The notes under the pieces were generated by a model. It worked only from the letters and a program-made list of their open reading frames with translations. It had not been told where the DNA came from and searched no databases. The translations under genes and the position numbers were made by a program. Of a stretch of DNA of 64,000 bases, positions 20,301-29,639 are shown in pieces (position 1 is the first letter of the stretch; the number at the start of each line of letters is the position of its first letter). The stretch comes from Eubacteriales bacterium. Its GTDB lineage: Bacteria; Bacillota; Clostridia; Oscillospirales; CAG-272. The stretch spans positions 12,495-76,494 of the forward strand of contig JBGVEW010000048.1 of NCBI GenBank assembly GCA_045120465.1, in the 5' to 3' direction.

Positions 20301-20870
20301 ATGGTTCGCAATTTGCCAAACTTTATTACTCTGTTGCGCATCATCGGAACGTTGATATTGTTCTTTTTAGAACCGATGTCCATCGCTTTTTATATCGTTT
20401 ATACCCTGGCGGGGATCAGCGACGTGTTGGATGGCTTTGTTGCGCGAAGATGGAATTTGACCAGCGAATTCGGTTCCAGACTCGATAGCCTCGCAGATTT
20501 GCTGTTTTACACGGTTATGCTGCTTCGGATTTTTCCAATTTTGTGGGAGCTTCTTCCCATGGGAATTTGGATCGCTTTGGGAGGGATCCTCGTTATTCGT
20601 GCGTTGTGCTACCTGATCGGCGCGCTGAAATATCGCAGGTTTGTATCCATCCACACCTATCTCAATAAGCTTACGGGATTTGCGGTATTTGCAACACCGT
20701 ATTTTATCCGCCTGCCCGAAAACGTGTCGGTCGTTTTGTGCGGAACGGTTTGCGCCATCGGAGCGGTCGCTTCCGTTGAGGAGTTGGCGATTCATCTTTG
20801 CTCCAAAAACTATCGCGGACACGTAAAGTCGATTTTGGAATTTTCAAATCATCAAAAAGGGGTAAGTTAA
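20301..20870 (+). CDS. CDP-alcohol phosphatidyltransferase family protein
   Basis: DGFVARRWNLTSEFGSRLDSLADLL matches D-G-x2-A-R-x8-G-x3-D-x3-D. Polytopic membrane protein. Confidence 0.8.
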   Translation: MVRNLPNFITLLRIIGTLILFFLEPMSIAFYIVYTLAGISDVLDGFVARRWNLTSEFGSRLDSLADLLFYTVMLLRIFPILWELLPMGIWIALGGILVIRALCYLIGALKYRRFVSIHTYLNKLTGFAVFATPYFIRLPENVSVVLCGTVCAIGAVASVEELAIHLCSKNYRGHVKSILEFSNHQKGVS

Positions 20871-21040
20871 ATGTAAGCGCATTCAACTCACCCCTCGTTG
20901 TTTTGGAGTTTTACTTCAATCGATTGCGATATTCCAATACCATCATATCCATTTTTTTATTGCCAAATAATAGTCAAATGCGGAATCCCCCTTGATGCGG
21001 ATTTGTCAAGATAAAATCATAAAACGGAGGAAAAATCAAA

Positions 21041-22330
21041 ATGAACGTTCAAAAGGAAAAGCGTTCCACTGTAAAAGTTGGTTATATTGGACTTGGACGA
21101 CGTGGAATGAATATGCTCCAACGTACTTTTTTGGAGATGAAAGACGTAGAAATTACGTGGATTTGCGATCTGAAGGAATCAAAAATAGAAAAGGCGATGA
21201 GCTGTTTCCGTGAAAAACAGCTTTCGTTGCCGCGCGAAACTCGAGATTATCGGGAGGTGTTAGCGGATGGAGAGGTAGATGCCGTGGTGATCATGACGGG
21301 CTGGAACGGGCGCGTACCGATTGTCTTGGACTCCATGCGTGCAGGCAAATATACTGCGGTCGAGGTTGGAACGGCGTATGATCTTTCGGAGTGCTACGAC
21401 CTTGTTAAAGTTTATGAAGAAACGCAATCGCCCTTGATGATGCTGGAAAATTGCTGTTACGGCAGACGCGAAATGATGGCGCTCCGCATGGTAAAGGAAG
21501 GGCTTTTCGGTGAGGTTGTGCATTGCGAAGGCGGATATATGCACTATCTCAACAAATTGGAGCTGTTTTGCAGTAAGGACGGTGTTGATGACGTTGAACA
21601 TTACCGCGCATATGAATATCTCAACCGCAACTGCGAGCAATATCCCACGCATGAATTGGGCCCCATTGCCAAGGTGTTGGATATCAACCGCGGAAACCGC
21701 ATGGTTACCCTGACCTCCACCGCGTCAAAAAGCCGCGGCTTGGAGAGCTATATTCGGGAAAACGTAGCCCCCACCCATCCGCTTTACGGAAAGACCTTTG
21801 CGCAAGGAGACGTGATTACCACTGTGATTCGTTGCGAGCGCGGTGAAACCATTGTTTTGACGCTGGACACTACGCTTCCGCGCCCCTACTACAGCCGCGC
21901 ATTTACGGTTCGCGGTACAAAGGGATGTTGCATCGAGGCATACGGAGATGCCGCGACCTTCTACTTAGAGGGAATGGAGGAGCCCGTATTCAACAACGAA
22001 GCCGAATTTTATGAAAAGTACGATCATCCGCTCTATGCGGAATATTCCAAAATGGAAGCCTTGGGAGGACACGGCGGTGTAGATTGGCTGGTTGTCCGCG
22101 CGTTTATCGAGAGCGTTAAGGCGGGTACCGATACCCCGATCGATGCCTACGATACCGCTGCATGGATGGCAATCGGTCCGCTTTCCGCAATGTCGATTGC
22201 AAAGGGAAGCGCACCCGTTGACGTTCCGGATTTTACAAGAGGGAAGTGGTTCCGCCGCGAAGAGCCTCTTATGAGTAAGTATTCTTTGGATGCGATCGTC
22301 AGCGATCCCGATACGCCTATTGCTCCGTAA
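21041..22330 (+). CDS. Gfo/Idh/MocA family NAD-binding oxidoreductase (GH109-like architecture)
   Basis: 429 aa. N-terminal Rossmann fold (VKVGYIGLGRRGMN) with a long C-terminal alpha/beta domain. Confidence 0.7.
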   Translation: MNVQKEKRSTVKVGYIGLGRRGMNMLQRTFLEMKDVEITWICDLKESKIEKAMSCFREKQLSLPRETRDYREVLADGEVDAVVIMTGWNGRVPIVLDSMRAGKYTAVEVGTAYDLSECYDLVKVYEETQSPLMMLENCCYGRREMMALRMVKEGLFGEVVHCEGGYMHYLNKLELFCSKDGVDDVEHYRAYEYLNRNCEQYPTHELGPIAKVLDINRGNRMVTLTSTASKSRGLESYIRENVAPTHPLYGKTFAQGDVITTVIRCERGETIVLTLDTTLPRPYYSRAFTVRGTKGCCIEAYGDAATFYLEGMEEPVFNNEAEFYEKYDHPLYAEYSKMEALGGHGGVDWLVVRAFIESVKAGTDTPIDAYDTAAWMAIGPLSAMSIAKGSAPVDVPDFTRGKWFRREEPLMSKYSLDAIVSDPDTPIAP

Positions 22331-22369
22331 AGGATGGAGTACTTTGGGGGATTTTGAAAGGAAACGGTT

Positions 22370-23137
22370 ATGAAACTTTATTTTTTGGGGACCTGCTCCG
22401 GTACCGAGCCAATGGAAGGGATGCACCATACCTCAACTGTTTTGGAGAGCAACGGATGCTATTATTGGTTTGACGCGGGAGAGTGCTGTTCGCATACAGC
22501 GTACCTCTTGGGAATCGACGTATTAAAAACGCGTGCGATCTTCTTCTCTCATATGCACATCGACCACACGGGAGGGCTGGCAAACCTTTTGTTTTGCATC
22601 CAAAAAATGATTGCGAGAGGCAAGGGAACGCCCAAATTTGATCCCATTCCGATCTATTCCCCCGATTCCGAGGTCATTCGCGCCGCAAAATGCGTGGCAA
22701 GCAACAATCGCATCGAATCTTTGGGATATATGACCGAGGAGATCCCAACGCAGGATGGCGTTTTGTATGAGGATGAGAATATCCGCGTTGCCGCGCTTCA
22801 TAACCGACATTTGCGTGAGGACGGTACAAACGGCTGGCACTCCTTCTCCTTTTTGGTGGAGTGTGAAGGAAAAAGGATCGTTCTTTCGGGTGACGTGGCA
22901 TCTCCCGAGGAGCTGTTGCCCTTGATGGTGGGAGGATGTGATCTTTTGTCGATGGAAACGGGGCACCACAAGGTTTTGGACGTTTGTGAGTTCGCCAAGC
23001 GAAATGCGATTCCTCGCTTGCGCTTTACCCATCACGGGCGAGAGATTCTTGGTGACCGTGACGGAGCGGAACGCTTGATCGAGTCTTATCCCTTTGATAT
23101 TCGTCTGGCTTTTGACGGTATGATCGAGGAGCTTTAA
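22370..23137 (+). CDS. MBL-fold metallo-hydrolase
   Basis: FFSHMHIDHTGG (the HxHxDH motif) plus downstream His/Asp ligand contexts. Confidence 0.75.
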   Translation: MKLYFLGTCSGTEPMEGMHHTSTVLESNGCYYWFDAGECCSHTAYLLGIDVLKTRAIFFSHMHIDHTGGLANLLFCIQKMIARGKGTPKFDPIPIYSPDSEVIRAAKCVASNNRIESLGYMTEEIPTQDGVLYEDENIRVAALHNRHLREDGTNGWHSFSFLVECEGKRIVLSGDVASPEELLPLMVGGCDLLSMETGHHKVLDVCEFAKRNAIPRLRFTHHGREILGDRDGAERLIESYPFDIRLAFDGMIEEL

Positions 23138-23222
23138 AGGAAGAGGAATTTGTTGTTTTTTGCCTCTTATGAGGCAAAATGGCGGTGTTCAATCGCCAAA
23201 CAAAAACCAAGGGGTGAGTGAA

Positions 23223-23450
23223 ATGATGTACACGTATCAAAGGATTTGAGATTTGCGAGAGGACAGCGACAAAAAGCAAGAGGAGATTGCGGCGGTTCTG
23301 CAAATTTCCAGACAACAGTATCAGCTTTATGAAAGCGGCAAGCGAGAGCTTCCCATGCACCATTTTGTTACGCTGGCATACTACTATAATATTTCTCTTG
23401 ATTATCTGGCGGGATTGACCGAAACGCCTAAAAATTACGTTGATAGTAAA
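23223..23450 (+). pseudogene. XRE-family HTH regulator gene interrupted by an in-frame TGA (codon 9) and lacking a nearby in-frame stop
   Basis: After RBS GGGGTGAG the frame reads ATG ATG TAC ACG TAT CAA AGG ATT TGA GAT TTG CGA GAG GAC. The product would be MMYTYQRI*DLREDSDKKQEEIAAVLQISRQQYQLYESGKRELPMHHFVTLAYYYNISLDYLAGLTE, a typical Cro/C1 HTH. The frame then runs on to 24050, antisense to dinB. Confidence 0.55.
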
Positions 23451-23507
23451 AAAAGAAGCTCTACAGCACCGATCAGGGGTTGCAGAACTTCTTTTTTTGC
23501 TTTCAAA

Positions 23508-24743
23508 TCATTCGTCATCCATTTCCGCCTTTTGCTTTTTTCCCACGTCGCGGCTGTATTCCATGATCGAGCCGCGCACAATGGTGTCCGTTCCAAAACG
23601 GCGGCGAATGCCGTCAATAATTTTGTCAAGCTCCTGTTCCCGTTCTTTCTTTTCGTCCGGGAACATCGAAAGCTGTGTGTTGTCCTCGCGTGTCAGCTGT
23701 GTCAGCGAAAGCCCCAAAAGGCGCAAGGGGGTTCGCCTGTCCCAAAGCTCCGCAAACAGCTTTTTGGCGGTTTCAAAGATCTCCGACGTAATATCGGTAG
23801 GGGCGGGAAGCGTTTTTTGGTGGGATCTGTCATGAAAATCGTTCCCGCGAATGGTTACCGCCACGCAGGAGGCGCGACAGTGATCGTTCCGCATCCGCGA
23901 GGCTACGCTGTCGGCAAGTGCCAAAAGCACGCGGTGTGCTTGGTCGGTACTTATAACGTCTGTCGCAAGAGTGGTCGAATTACTGTAGCCCTTGGCTTCC
24001 TCGGTTTCCGCAAGAACGGGGGATTCATCCACACCGTTTGCAAAGCGTAACAGGTGGTCTCCCATTTTCGTGCCGAACATCGCACGCAAGCGGTCAATTC
24101 CCGTAGCGGCAAGCTCTCCGATGGTATGGATGCGGGATGCCATGAGCTTTTCCGCGGTCGCGCGTCCCACTGTAAAGAGATCTTTTACGGGGAGCGGCCA
24201 AAGCTTTGCTTCGATTTCGTGAGTAAAAAGAGTATGCACGCGATCGGGCTTTTCAAAATCGCTTGCCATCTTTGCAAGGAGCTTGTTCGATCCGATGCCT
24301 ACGTTTACGGTAAAGCCAAGCGTATTGCGAATCTCATCCTTGATGCGGTGTGCGATCTCAAGCGGATCGGGGTAGAGGCGTGACGTGCCGCTCATATCCA
24401 AATAACACTCATCAATCGAGACCTGCTCCACTACGGGTGCGTATTTTCGGCAAACCTCTATAAAAGCGCGCGAGGAGGTGTGGTATAGGTGGAAATCCGG
24501 GGAGGCAAGATACAGCTGAGGGCATTTTTTCAGTGCCTGCGCAATCGGTTCTCCCGTTCTAACACCGAATTGTTTGGCGGGAATGGACTTGGCAAGAATC
24601 ACTCCGCGTCTCGCTTCACGGTCGCCGCCAATCGCGGATGGGATCAGCCGCAGATCCGCCTCACCGTTTTGGCAACGCCTTGTTGCTTCCCAGGAAAGGA
24701 AAGCACTGTTTACGTCCACGTGAAAAATTAACCGTTCTGCCAT
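23508..24743 (-). CDS. dinB: DNA polymerase IV (Y-family)
   Basis: 411 aa. FHVDVNSAFLSWE, VSIDECYLDM and the little-finger region are Y-family hallmarks. Confidence 0.93.
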   Translation of the reverse strand: MAERLIFHVDVNSAFLSWEATRRCQNGEADLRLIPSAIGGDREARRGVILAKSIPAKQFGVRTGEPIAQALKKCPQLYLASPDFHLYHTSSRAFIEVCRKYAPVVEQVSIDECYLDMSGTSRLYPDPLEIAHRIKDEIRNTLGFTVNVGIGSNKLLAKMASDFEKPDRVHTLFTHEIEAKLWPLPVKDLFTVGRATAEKLMASRIHTIGELAATGIDRLRAMFGTKMGDHLLRFANGVDESPVLAETEEAKGYSNSTTLATDVISTDQAHRVLLALADSVASRMRNDHCRASCVAVTIRGNDFHDRSHQKTLPAPTDITSEIFETAKKLFAELWDRRTPLRLLGLSLTQLTREDNTQLSMFPDEKKEREQELDKIIDGIRRRFGTDTIVRGSIMEYSRDVGKKQKAEMDDE

Positions 24744-24766
24744 AGCACTCTCCTTTCCGATAGGCG

Positions 24767-26245
24767 TTATCCGATCATAGCCGCCGATTTACAAAATGAT
24801 GTAACGATCTCCCGCTCCGAAAAAGGGAGCTTTTCGGTTCCGATCAGCTGGTATTGCTCATGCCCCTTTCCGGCAAGGAGCAATACGTCACCGTTGTGTG
24901 TTTCCTTCAAGGCTTGCAAAATTGCCTCTTTGCGGTCGGCATTTCTCAAAAAGGACTGCTCGTGACCCTGCCATTCCGCTGCAATCTCGTCGATAATGCG
25001 TTCGGGATCCTCACGCCCCGGGTTGTCCGAGGTCAAAACGGTAAGATCCGCAAGATCCCGTGCCGCCCGCCCAAGCTCTTTGCGGCGAAGCTGGGAGCGC
25101 TCGCCAACCGAGCCGAACAGGCAAATGAGACGACCTTTGACGTATGGACGCAAGGAGGAAAGGATCTGCCGCATACTTTCTCCGTTGTGCGCGTAGTCGA
25201 TCACGGCAACACCGCCGGAGGGAAGCGGAATACATTCGCACCGTCCCGCAATGGCTACCGACCGCAACGCACGAGCGGTATCGGCGGCGGAAATTTTGAA
25301 AATCCTTGTCGCTACTGCTGCGGCAAGAAGCGCGTTGGATGCGTTGCAAGCCCCAAGCAAGGGGAGCTCAATCGGAGTTGCAGTTCCTGCATCATTCAAC
25401 AAAAAGGATACACCAAGGCATCCGTCCGTTTGAGTTTGTGCAATTTTTGTTGCCGAGCAATCCGCACTCCCAAGGATGGAGCAGGTGATACGATTGGATG
25501 CCTGACAGCCCTCAAGCATCTTTGCGGTATGCAGGTCATCCGAATTGATGATAACGTTTTCAAGATTAAAATCGGTAAACAAACGGTGCTTGCACGCCAG
25601 ATACTCTGCAAAATCGGCATGCTCGAAAGGGCCGATATGATCTGTGTAAAGGTTGGTAAAGAGCGCGGTTGTAAAATGCGTACCCTCCACGCGATATTGC
25701 ATCAAAGCCTGTGAGGAAACCTCAATCACAGCGGTCTTGATACCGTTGCAAAGCATCTCCGAAAGCGTTTTTTGCAAGGTCAGCGCATCGGGGGTGGTGT
25801 TTGCAAGCTCCTTTTCAACGCTTCCGTACTTCACACCGTTGGTCCCGATATAGCCGCAAGAAATCCCGTTTTGATTGAGGATGTGAGAAAGCAATTGTGC
25901 CGTGGTGGTCTTACCCTTGGTGCCCGTAATGCCGATCAGATGCATTTTGCGGGATGGGTGAGCGTAAAGATTGCAAGCAAGGCGTGCAAGTGTCTTGCGC
26001 GTGTTTTCAACCGTTAATACCAAGGCATCGGTGGGGAGAGAGAGCGGATGCTCTGCCACAAACAAGCGGCATCCGTTTTCATAGGCGCGCATAGCGAGCG
26101 TATGACCGTCCGCGCGAGCACCCTTGATGCATACGAATACGCTATCGAAATTGGCGCGCGCGGTATTTTCGGTTACGGAAAGGATTTCGCGGTTGGGGAT
26201 GGCGATTTCCTCAACCACCCCTTCAAAAAGTTGCGTTGCGTTCAT
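24767..26245 (-). CDS. murE: UDP-MurNAc-L-Ala-D-Glu:diamino acid ligase (MurE); amino-acid specificity uncertain
   Basis: 492 aa. P-loop GITGTKGKTT, DYAHNG and LLAGKGHE are present. The specificity motif reads DNPGR (25013-25027) instead of DNPR. Confidence 0.93.
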   Translation of the reverse strand: MNATQLFEGVVEEIAIPNREILSVTENTARANFDSVFVCIKGARADGHTLAMRAYENGCRLFVAEHPLSLPTDALVLTVENTRKTLARLACNLYAHPSRKMHLIGITGTKGKTTTAQLLSHILNQNGISCGYIGTNGVKYGSVEKELANTTPDALTLQKTLSEMLCNGIKTAVIEVSSQALMQYRVEGTHFTTALFTNLYTDHIGPFEHADFAEYLACKHRLFTDFNLENVIINSDDLHTAKMLEGCQASNRITCSILGSADCSATKIAQTQTDGCLGVSFLLNDAGTATPIELPLLGACNASNALLAAAVATRIFKISAADTARALRSVAIAGRCECIPLPSGGVAVIDYAHNGESMRQILSSLRPYVKGRLICLFGSVGERSQLRRKELGRAARDLADLTVLTSDNPGREDPERIIDEIAAEWQGHEQSFLRNADRKEAILQALKETHNGDVLLLAGKGHEQYQLIGTEKLPFSEREIVTSFCKSAAMIG

Positions 26246-26985
26246 GTTTCTACCTCACGCGCCCAAAATCCGCGGTCAAATCCAATCGGTTCTTTTTGAC
26301 AGGCAAGAATCGTGCGGTAAGCCAAAACGTCAAGCGAATCCAAAAAGAGAGCGTCGTTCAAGCCTTCTTTTTTGATCAGGGAAAGCTCGGTGCAACCAAG
26401 CACCACCCGCTGACATCCGCGTTCCTTCAAGCGGTTTGCGACGCCCCAAAAAGCTTCGCGGTCGATTGGTTTATTTTGCTTGATCCCGTCGTAAATCATC
26501 GACGTAATGATGCGCTGATCGGCATCATCGGGGGCAAGACACTCCATTCCGTGCGCTTTTGCGATCTTTTCATACGCGCCCGAGCGCACCGTGCCCTCGG
26601 TTGCGAGCAATCCCATTTTTCTAACGCCGAGGGTTGAGAGATGCTTGACCGTTTCCTCGATAATGTTGAGGATCGGAACGTTACACTCCCTTGTGATTCC
26701 ATTGTAAAAATAATGTGCCGTGTTGCAGGGGATGACGATCAGATTCGCCCCTGCGCGCTCCAAGCGATGCGCTTCCTCAATCATGATGGGAAGTGGATCA
26801 TTTTGCGATTCTCCGAGAATAAACGCCGTTCGATCGGGGGTGGACGCACGGCTGGAAACGATCATGTCGATATGATCGTTGTCGCACAGGGCATTCGTAT
26901 GCCGCGTGAGCAATTCGCAAAAATAGACGGTGGACATAGGTCCCAAGCCGCCAAGAACTCCCAGCAAAACATTCGGTTGCTTCAT
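26242..26985 (-). CDS. Aspartate racemase family protein (Asp/Glu racemase superfamily)
   Basis: Starts MKQPNVLLGVLGGLGPMSTVYF at ATG 26985 after RBS GGAGAA. Two catalytic Cys contexts, IVIPCNTAHYF and VVLGCTELSLI. ATGA overlaps with both neighbours. Confidence 0.8.
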   Translation of the reverse strand: MKQPNVLLGVLGGLGPMSTVYFCELLTRHTNALCDNDHIDMIVSSRASTPDRTAFILGESQNDPLPIMIEEAHRLERAGANLIVIPCNTAHYFYNGITRECNVPILNIIEETVKHLSTLGVRKMGLLATEGTVRSGAYEKIAKAHGMECLAPDDADQRIITSMIYDGIKQNKPIDREAFWGVANRLKERGCQRVVLGCTELSLIKKEGLNDALFLDSLDVLAYRTILACQKEPIGFDRGFWAREVET

Positions 26986-27401
26986 ATGCGTTTCTCCTTT
27001 CTCACGGGCATCGGCAGTTCCTCGCCAAACCATACGCGGTACATTTCGGCTTGATCGGCAATCACAAATCTGGATTCCAGCTCATCGCGGCAGTTCCAAA
27101 CGATATTGGCGTACTCCTCGGTACAGGGAATGAGATAGAGGATCACGTCTTTGTTTTCGAGCTGCTCGGCAAAATCGTTGAGTGCCTGTATCATCAAGCG
27201 TTGATTGTTGGTGGATCGGATGATGTGAAACTTCATGCAAAGGGAAAGACGGAGAGAGAGGGGGACCTTGTTGCAAAACACGTGAGAAACCACGCCGTAG
27301 CGCTGATACATACGGTGCGCGGTTTCACTGACCTCGAGAGAAACGCCGAGCAATACGGGAATCAATTCTCCCGACAGCACGTCTTCCATAATGTAGTCCA
27401 T
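26982..27401 (-). CDS. 139-aa protein resembling only the pre-ATP-grasp N-terminal domain of D-aspartate-ligase-type enzymes (possible gene remnant)
   Basis: ELIPVLLGVSLEVSETAHRMYQRYGV...VILYLIPCTEEYANIV has the pattern of the N-terminal domain of ATP-grasp ligases. No ATP-binding domain follows. Its stop overlaps the racemase ATG (ATGA). Confidence 0.45.
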   Translation of the reverse strand: MDYIMEDVLSGELIPVLLGVSLEVSETAHRMYQRYGVVSHVFCNKVPLSLRLSLCMKFHIIRSTNNQRLMIQALNDFAEQLENKDVILYLIPCTEEYANIVWNCRDELESRFVIADQAEMYRVWFGEELPMPVRKEKRI

Positions 27402-27560
27402 TTTTCTCTCCTTTCCAAGTATAGTTACTTATATTATAACATATCAAACGCAAAAAAGAAAGTGCCACGCAAAAATAGTTGCAGAATTTTTTGGAAACCT
27501 CTTGCATTCAATTCGATTTTTCGATATAATAGAGAGGAATTTATAAGGATTGTGTGACAC

Positions 27561-28157
27561 ATGAAAAAAGAAAAAATTTATCGCGTATTCTCGCATCTGC
27601 CCGAATTGACTACCGAGCGTCTGACGCTTCGAAAAATGCTTGTGGCGGATGCCTCGGATATGTACGAATATGCCGCTCGCCCCGAGGTTACCAAATATCT
27701 GACCTGGCAGCCGCATCCCGATAGGGATTACACTCGTGAATATCTTCAATATCTCGGAACGCGATATGCGGCGGGAATGTTTTACGATTGGGCAATCGTG
27801 TACGAGCCGGATTGTAAAATGGTTGGTACTTGCGGCTTTACCGCGTTTAATTGTACCTCTGACAGTGCCGAGGTAGGATACGTGCTCAATCCCGATTATT
27901 GGGGAAAGGGAATCGCTCCTGAGGCACTTACGCGAGTGCTGGAATTTGGATTTGACGATCTGGGACTTCACCGTATCGAGGCAAAATTTATGGAGGAAAA
28001 CGATCGCTCCCGACGGGTCATGGAAAAGGTGGGAATGCGCTTTGAAGGCGTTTTGCGCGAGGCAATGTACGTCAAGGGCAATTACGTCAACATTGGCATT
28101 TGCTCTATTTTGGAGTCAGAATGGCGTGCAAAGCACGAAAAAAAGAGGAAAAAGTGA
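27561..28157 (+). CDS. GNAT family N-acetyltransferase (RimJ/RimL-like)
   Basis: TERLTLRKM...GYVLNPDYWGKGIAPEAL...LGLHRIEAKFMEENDRSRRVMEKVGMRFEG is the typical Acetyltransf_3 pattern. Confidence 0.85.
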   Translation: MKKEKIYRVFSHLPELTTERLTLRKMLVADASDMYEYAARPEVTKYLTWQPHPDRDYTREYLQYLGTRYAAGMFYDWAIVYEPDCKMVGTCGFTAFNCTSDSAEVGYVLNPDYWGKGIAPEALTRVLEFGFDDLGLHRIEAKFMEENDRSRRVMEKVGMRFEGVLREAMYVKGNYVNIGICSILESEWRAKHEKKRKK

Positions 28158-28227
28158 ATAGTATTACCACAACGTGGCAAAAATCGGGATACGGGATATC
28201 CCGATTTTTGTTTATGGAGGATCAAAA

Positions 28228-28788
28228 ATGGCAGGTTACACAAAGGCAGGCGTGTCGGTAGAGCGTCTTTCCGGGACACAGACCGAACGCAATCTTCACA
28301 CTGCGCTCTCCGGAGAGTCGCAGGCGTATCTGCGCTACAAATGGTTTGAAAAAAAGGCAAAAAACGACGGGTACGTCGAAATTTCACAAATTTTCCGCGA
28401 TACTGCGGCAAATGAGATGGAACATGCCGAAATCTGGTTCCGTCATCTCGGAGGCTGGAGCAGTACCGAAAAAAATTTGGATGCCGCTGCCTCGGGTGAG
28501 CAATTCGAATGGGAAACGATGTACGCGGAGTTTGAAAAAACGGCACGCGAGGAGGGCTTTGAGGATATCGCCCAGCTCTTTGCGCGCGTTGCAAGCATCG
28601 AAAAAATGCACGAGACCAACTACCGCCGCGCCTTGGAAACGGTCAAAAACGGAGAGGTGTTTACTTCCAATAGTGAGAGCACCAAGTGGATCTGCATCAA
28701 TTGCGGCTACGTGCTGGAAGGAAAAGAGCCTCCCCAGGTTTGTCCCACCTGCTCACATCCGCAAGGGTATTTCAAGCGATATTCCTAA
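28228..28788 (+). CDS. rbr: Rubrerythrin
   Basis: TERNLHTALSGESQAYLRY...EMEHAEIW...ASIEKMHE is a di-iron four-helix bundle pattern. C-terminal rubredoxin-like WICINCGY...CPTCSHP. ATG 28228 follows RBS GGAGG. Confidence 0.92.
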   Translation: MAGYTKAGVSVERLSGTQTERNLHTALSGESQAYLRYKWFEKKAKNDGYVEISQIFRDTAANEMEHAEIWFRHLGGWSSTEKNLDAAASGEQFEWETMYAEFEKTAREEGFEDIAQLFARVASIEKMHETNYRRALETVKNGEVFTSNSESTKWICINCGYVLEGKEPPQVCPTCSHPQGYFKRYS

Positions 28789-28892
28789 AGAATCGGAGAG
28801 AAGGAGAAAAGGTCTCCTTCTCTCTTGCTTTTTCTTGACAACTTACCCAAATATATGATATAATATAGGGTAGTAAAAAAGGAGGTGAGGAA

Positions 28893-29639
28893 ATGGCAAG
28901 ATCAATGTCGCCCTACCGATACGTCCATGGGCTTCGAGATGGGCTTCCCATCGGACTCGGATATTTGTCGGTGGCGTTTGGATTTGGCATTACCGCAGTT
29001 TCGAGCGGTTTGAAAATTCTTGAGGCACTGTTCATGTCCATGACCAATCTGACCTCCGCGGGGCAGGTTGCCGGCGTATCTGTTATCATTGCAGGCGGTA
29101 CGGTTTTAGAAATCATTCTGACACAGCTGGTCATCAACGTTCGCTACTCCTTGATGGGAATCACCTTGACCCAGCGGTTGGATCCAAGATGTACCACTTT
29201 ACACCGATTTTTCATGTCTTTTGCGGTTTCGGATGAGATTTTTGCCGTATGCTGTGCAAAGCCCTATCCCGTAGGTCCTTCCTACTTTTACGGCTTGATG
29301 ACACTTCCGTATATCGGTTGGGCAGGGGGAACTCTATTGGGGGCCGTTGCGGGAAATATTTTGCCGGATAGCATCCGATGCGCGATGGGGATCATGATCT
29401 ACGCAATGTTCTTAGCGATCATCATTCCTCCAATGAAAAAGGATCGAGAGGTGCTTTTCACGGTGATTCTGGCAGTGCTCTTCAGCACGGCACTCCACTA
29501 CGTTCCCGTTCTCAATCAAATTTCGGGCGGCTTTTCCATCATCATCAGTGCCGTTTTGGCGGCAGGGATCGTGGCGTGGATCCGTCCGCTACCCGAGGAA
29601 GAGGATTATGACGGGGAGGTGGTAGAGGATGAGGATTGA
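28893..29639 (+). CDS. azlC: AzlC family branched-chain amino acid exporter subunit
   Basis: 248 aa, polytopic. RDGLPIGLGYLSVAFGFG...TNLTSAGQ is the AzlC pattern. Followed by an overlapping azlD. Confidence 0.85.
   Translation: MARSMSPYRYVHGLRDGLPIGLGYLSVAFGFGITAVSSGLKILEALFMSMTNLTSAGQVAGVSVIIAGGTVLEIILTQLVINVRYSLMGITLTQRLDPRCTTLHRFFMSFAVSDEIFAVCCAKPYPVGPSYFYGLMTLPYIGWAGGTLLGAVAGNILPDSIRCAMGIMIYAMFLAIIIPPMKKDREVLFTVILAVLFSTALHYVPVLNQISGGFSIIISAVLAAGIVAWIRPLPEEEDYDGEVVEDED

Noticed and set aside
20978-21001. Direct repeat ATGCGGA x2 (17-nt spacing) upstream of the Gfo/Idh/MocA gene as a regulator site
   Set aside because: It is only a 7-mer occurring twice, with no associated promoter that I could define. 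This is within chance expectation.
23247-23249. In-frame TGA in the HTH gene as evidence of stop-codon recoding (TGA read as Gly/Trp, or selenocysteine)
   Set aside because: TGA terminates several well-defined genes in this window (ntpE, pheS, the racemase, the DUF5662-like gene). No SECIS-like hairpin follows, and an HTH regulator is not a plausible selenoprotein.
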